DNA from: Methanobacteriota archaeon
GTDB taxonomy: Archaea > Thermoplasmatota > E2 > DHVEG-1
Length of the DNA: 64,000 nucleotides
Direction of reading: 5' to 3'
Assembly: GCA_963769885.1 (NCBI GenBank)
Contig: CAVYNH010000006.1
Location: 320,001-384,000 of the forward strand
Shown here: positions 60,502 through 64,000 of the stretch, in pieces
Position numbering within the stretch: position 1 is the first letter of the stretch
How the letters are laid out: every line of letters starts with the position of its first letter
Program-made: the position numbers and the translations under genes
The notes under the pieces: generated by a model
What the model saw: only the letters and a program-made list of their open reading frames with translations
Told to the model about the DNA's origin: nothing
Database searches by the model: none

Positions 60502-61764
60502 TTAGGTTCCGGCGATGGCGAGGAGGGCGACGGGGGCCTGGTGGGTGGTGAGTGTGAGAAGGGCGGCGACGGCGGCGGGGCTGGTGGGAGTGGCGAGACA
60601 GGTCTGCAGGCCGAGGCTGGTGGCCTGCAGCATCGTGGTGTGGAGGGCGGCGCCGGCTTCGAGGAACCAGAACTGGGTGTAGTTCTGTTCGCCGTGGGTC
60701 TTGGCGGTGTCGAGGACGGCGACGAGGGTGAGGGGCGCGCTGGCGATGCCGGGCTGGTCGGTGGCGGCGGCGAGTTCGGCGCGGTGGTCGCCGTCGGCGA
60801 TGGGGATGAGGCGGGCGAGGATGGGGAGACCGATGCGGTCGACGGGTTTGCCGAATGCTTTGAGGAGGCTGGGCTGGTAGCGGGTGACGGCGGTGGGGGT
60901 GACGGCGTAGTAGTCGAGGGGGTATTCGCCTTTGGCGCTGGGGGTGGTGCGGTGGCGTTGGATGGTGTTGAGGTCTTGGTGGCTGCGGTCGAGGTAGGGG
61001 GAGAAGCCGTCGGTGGCCCAGATGAGCTGGTCGATCTGGGGTTGGGTGAGGGTACCGGAGAGGTTCGTGGTCTCTGTGCGGGCGGTGAGGGCGGCGGTGA
61101 GGTTCATCGTGTGCTGGGTTGGCGGCTGCATGCGGCTGATCCACATGGGGTGGTTTTTGAAGTGGTAGGGCTGGAGGGGGTGGCCGATGGGGTAGACGAT
61201 GAGGCCTCGTTGGTCTGGGGGGATGCTGAGGTTGTTGATGGCTGGTGGGAGGCCGCCGGTGACGACGCCGCTGAGGTTGAGGGCGTCGAGGGTGAAGGCG
61301 ATGTTCTGGCAGATCTGGCCGATCTCCAGGCCGCCTTCGTTGCTGTTGGCTTGGGTGGTGTTGTAGCAGAAGCCGAGGACGAGGGTGGCAGTTTGGTATT
61401 GGTAGCCGACGATGGTGCGCCAGTCGCCGGGTTTGTACATGATGAGGCTGTGATTCGCTGGTGCATAGGTGTAGGCGGCGTCGGGGAGGAGGACGTAGAG
61501 GACGGTGGAGTAGGTGCCGTTGTGGCCGGGGTTGGTGCGGCTGCCGTCGGGGCGCTGGCCCATGGCGTCGTAGAGGATGGTGGAGAGCTCAGTGTCGGTG
61601 ATGGTCTGGTTCGTGAACACGCGGATGCTCATGCGCTCGAAGATCGTCTTCTCCAACGTCGTGGGGATGGATTGTGGTGGGGGGAGGCTGCGGGCGGTGG
61701 CGAGGCACGTGAGGGCGAGGCAGCCAAGGATGATGACGACGCTAACACAAAGGATTTTTTTCAT
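60502..61764 (-). CDS. Secreted tandem nitroreductase/SagB-like protein
   Basis: Signal peptide; RMSIRVF; RTTPSA..YPL; LEAGAA. Confidence 0.82.
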   Translation of the reverse strand: MKKILCVSVVIILGCLALTCLATARSLPPPQSIPTTLEKTIFERMSIRVFTNQTITDTELSTILYDAMGQRPDGSRTNPGHNGTYSTVLYVLLPDAAYTYAPANHSLIMYKPGDWRTIVGYQYQTATLVLGFCYNTTQANSNEGGLEIGQICQNIAFTLDALNLSGVVTGGLPPAINNLSIPPDQRGLIVYPIGHPLQPYHFKNHPMWISRMQPPTQHTMNLTAALTARTETTNLSGTLTQPQIDQLIWATDGFSPYLDRSHQDLNTIQRHRTTPSAKGEYPLDYYAVTPTAVTRYQPSLLKAFGKPVDRIGLPILARLIPIADGDHRAELAAATDQPGIASAPLTLVAVLDTAKTHGEQNYTQFWFLEAGAALHTTMLQATSLGLQTCLATPTSPAAVAALLTLTTHQAPVALLAIAGT

Positions 61765-61860
61765 GCTCAAGAGTTCTCCTTTTTCTAGGGAGTGGAAGGC
61801 GTGTTTTCAGATATAAAACTTCGCGTGGCTCCCGGCTTTGGAAATAGTTGGCGCATGTGG

Positions 61861-62112
61861 TTACTTGATTTTTCCGCAGGTGGGGCAGGTGGCGTCGTCG
61901 GGGAGGTCGGCGCCGCAGGTCGGGCAGGACTGGACCAGGGGTTTGTTCTGTGGTCTCCTTTTGCTTGGAAGGGCGAGGCCGAGGATGGCGAGGAGGAAAC
62001 CGATGATTCGGAGGGGCCAGGGTAGGACGTTTCCTAATTCGAGTGGGAAGTAGAGGAAGAAGGAGCCGATGAAAAATATCACTAAGCCGGTGATGATGAG
62101 CGGTACCCTCAT
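61861..62112 (-). CDS. Small membrane protein with zinc ribbon
   Basis: 2 TM segments plus CPTCG..CPTCG. Confidence 0.78.
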   Translation of the reverse strand: MRVPLIITGLVIFFIGSFFLYFPLELGNVLPWPLRIIGFLLAILGLALPSKRRPQNKPLVQSCPTCGADLPDDATCPTCGKIK

Positions 62113-62323
62113 ACGATGTGCCTTGGGGGTGGTAGACCTTCTCGCTTAATAAATATCGTCCTCGCCGTGGCCTCCCTCCATTCGAATGTGTTCCTCCGCT
62201 AGGGAATCATAAGGCAAGTCGAGGAGGCAATGCTATAGAAAACATCTTAACGAGGGGACGTGAAATCATTTTGTCAAACTCAAAGCATCCAAACCTCATA
62301 GAAAGGGCGTTACCATCGGACTC

Positions 62324-63532
62324 TTAGGTCGCCTCATCCGTGGTCTTACTGAGGTACAGTCGCTTCTTCTTCTCAACCTCAGCATACTTCATGAGCTTGG
62401 CGACGAGCTCCGGATCCCATGCTCTTTCGGCAAGGATCTTAGCAAGCACGGTTGTGTCGAGTTGGCTGACTGCCGCAAGCTTCCCCGCTTTGGCCAACAA
62501 TGCCTCGAGCTTGGCGCGCTCCGGGCTGCCTTTCCCCGGGAACGCGATCTTCTCCGACTCTGTGATCCGCACCTTGTTCTTCTCGCCGAACACGCAGCTG
62601 ACCTTCTCTTTTTCCGCGAACGCGAGCAACGCCGCCTCCAGCGTCTCGATCTGCGCGTCCCACTCCGCGTTCATCTGCTTCTGCACCGTCTTCAGCTCCG
62701 CGTACTTGTTCACCAGCTGCACGCCGCTGTCCGTCTGGTACCCCGTGGGGTCCTCCTTAACCTTGTAGAGGTGCGACCACTGCCCGCACAGCGACTTGAA
62801 CTCGCACCAGTCACAGAGGAACGACGGCCGCGCCGAGAACCGCTCCTCCCGCTCGATCACATCGATGAGCACCCGCGTCTGATCCTTCAGCGCCTGCAGC
62901 TGCGCCTCCGTCCGCGTCGAATCCATCTCCTTATCGAACGCCAGAAAATGCCAGATCAACCGCACGTCCCGCGCGTCCGGATACCGGTCCTTGACCCCGA
63001 TCATGTACAACGCGAGCTGCCGGTCCTCATGCAAATACTGTGCCAGCGGCAATCGAGAATTCGTCTTGTAGTCATGGATCTCGTACCGCCCGTCCCCCGC
63101 CTCCGCGAGCCGGTCGATGAACCCGGTCAGCCGATACGCCCCCGACCCATCCAGGTCGATCGTGATGTTCTCCTCCAGCGCGATCGTCTTCTCCCGCGTG
63201 AACGGCGCATACCGCCGATAGTAATCCGCGAGGTACTTCTCGGCCATCCGCCGGTAATTCTCAGCCGAGTACTCCGTCCGGACGATGACGACGTCCGTGC
63301 TCCAGTTCTTCGTCCACTCCTCGCGTAGAAACCCGAGGATCTCGTCAAGGGAGCTCTGCTTCTGATGCATCAGATCCCGGTACAGCTTCTCCAGCGCCTC
63401 ATGCACCCGCGTCCCCAGGAACGCCTCCACGGTCTCCGCCACCATCGGCTCCACCTTTTCCACATACTGGTACTTGAACTTCTGCGGACACTGCTCAAAA
63501 CAGCTCAGCCGAGAGTGAGAATAGACCGTCAT
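62324..63532 (-). CDS. PD-(D/E)XK nuclease (RecB/AddB-like, with Fe-S Cys)
   Basis: SHSRL..CP, GTRVH, GFIDR, IHDYKT, QLALY, CDWC..C. Confidence 0.92.
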   Translation of the reverse strand: MTVYSHSRLSCFEQCPQKFKYQYVEKVEPMVAETVEAFLGTRVHEALEKLYRDLMHQKQSSLDEILGFLREEWTKNWSTDVVIVRTEYSAENYRRMAEKYLADYYRRYAPFTREKTIALEENITIDLDGSGAYRLTGFIDRLAEAGDGRYEIHDYKTNSRLPLAQYLHEDRQLALYMIGVKDRYPDARDVRLIWHFLAFDKEMDSTRTEAQLQALKDQTRVLIDVIEREERFSARPSFLCDWCEFKSLCGQWSHLYKVKEDPTGYQTDSGVQLVNKYAELKTVQKQMNAEWDAQIETLEAALLAFAEKEKVSCVFGEKNKVRITESEKIAFPGKGSPERAKLEALLAKAGKLAAVSQLDTTVLAKILAERAWDPELVAKLMKYAEVEKKKRLYLSKTTDEAT

Positions 63533-63703
63533 CCACCCCAGGGATAACCAGGAACAGGATTTAACCTTACGGAACCCACCACACCGCAACACACCCCACG
63601 GCCCCCCTCAAAACCGCGTTTCCCCCCGCGATTTCTTATAAAATTATAAATACTAAATCCCATATTTTTATCCACGCTTACCACTAGGGGCGAGGTTAAC
63701 ACC

Positions 63704-64000
63704 ATGAAGAAGACCATCCTCTCACTACTAATATGTACACTGCTGATCACCCCGATCGGTGTCATCTGCACCATCGCCGCACCAACCACACCCGCGCACC
63801 AGCCCCCAGGGCCGGCCTACGCACCACCGCTCACCTACATCGACACCTCCACGCCAACACCGGATCATCCAACGCTCCCCAGCAGCGGCGTCAACCCCCT
63901 CATCATCAACGTTCTCCAACAGGTTACCCCAGACTACTACCTCAGCTACCTCCAGACCCTCGTCAACTTCGGACCCCGCGTCACCGGCACCACCGCCTGC
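63704..64000 (+). CDS. Secreted M28-like peptidase (partial, runs off the window)
   Basis: MKKTIL signal; YLQTLVNFGPRVTGT resembles M28 N-termini. Confidence 0.65.
   Translation, partial: MKKTILSLLICTLLITPIGVICTIAAPTTPAHQPPGPAYAPPLTYIDTSTPTPDHPTLPSSGVNPLIINVLQQVTPDYYLSYLQTLVNFGPRVTGTTAC

Noticed and set aside
62324-63532. CRISPR-associated cas4
   Set aside because: Too long, and no cas1, cas2 or array nearby
1-64000. tRNA/rRNA genes, transposases, Sec/Pyl readthrough
   Set aside because: No cloverleaf around the TTCGAA motifs, no transposase or integrase motifs, and the gene breaks seen are indels rather than in-frame stops

Overview
Archaeal chromosome segment with TFB, fibrillarin, prefoldin alpha, FtsY and ether-lipid enzymes. 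The many secreted PKD/Ig/NosD proteins and C25, C14, M18 and M28 peptidases suggest a peptide-degrading Thermoplasmatota lineage such as MBG-D/Thermoprofundales (inference). Housekeeping genes include gcvH/T, rlmE, tfb, purQ, tmk, pyrH, ftsY, pfdA and hypCD. An 11-gene oxidative-stress/Fe-S operon is led by a frameshifted PerR/Fur gene with a Per-box-like palindrome. An accessory region at about 51-57.3 kb carries Doc, a secreted caspase-like protease and a Fic gene between two 92%-identical PIN copies. Most notable unexplained signals: (1) small promoter-driven hairpin units with pyrimidine-rich anti-SD/anti-start-codon-like loops, candidate sRNAs; (2) an extreme sawtooth strand skew that ignores gene orientation; (3) a shared C-terminal domain on three unrelated secreted proteins, a candidate sorting tag; (4) several single-base frameshifts and one apparent deletion chimera. 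No rRNA, tRNA, CRISPR array, integrase or transposase was recognised. All calls are by eye, without database searches.
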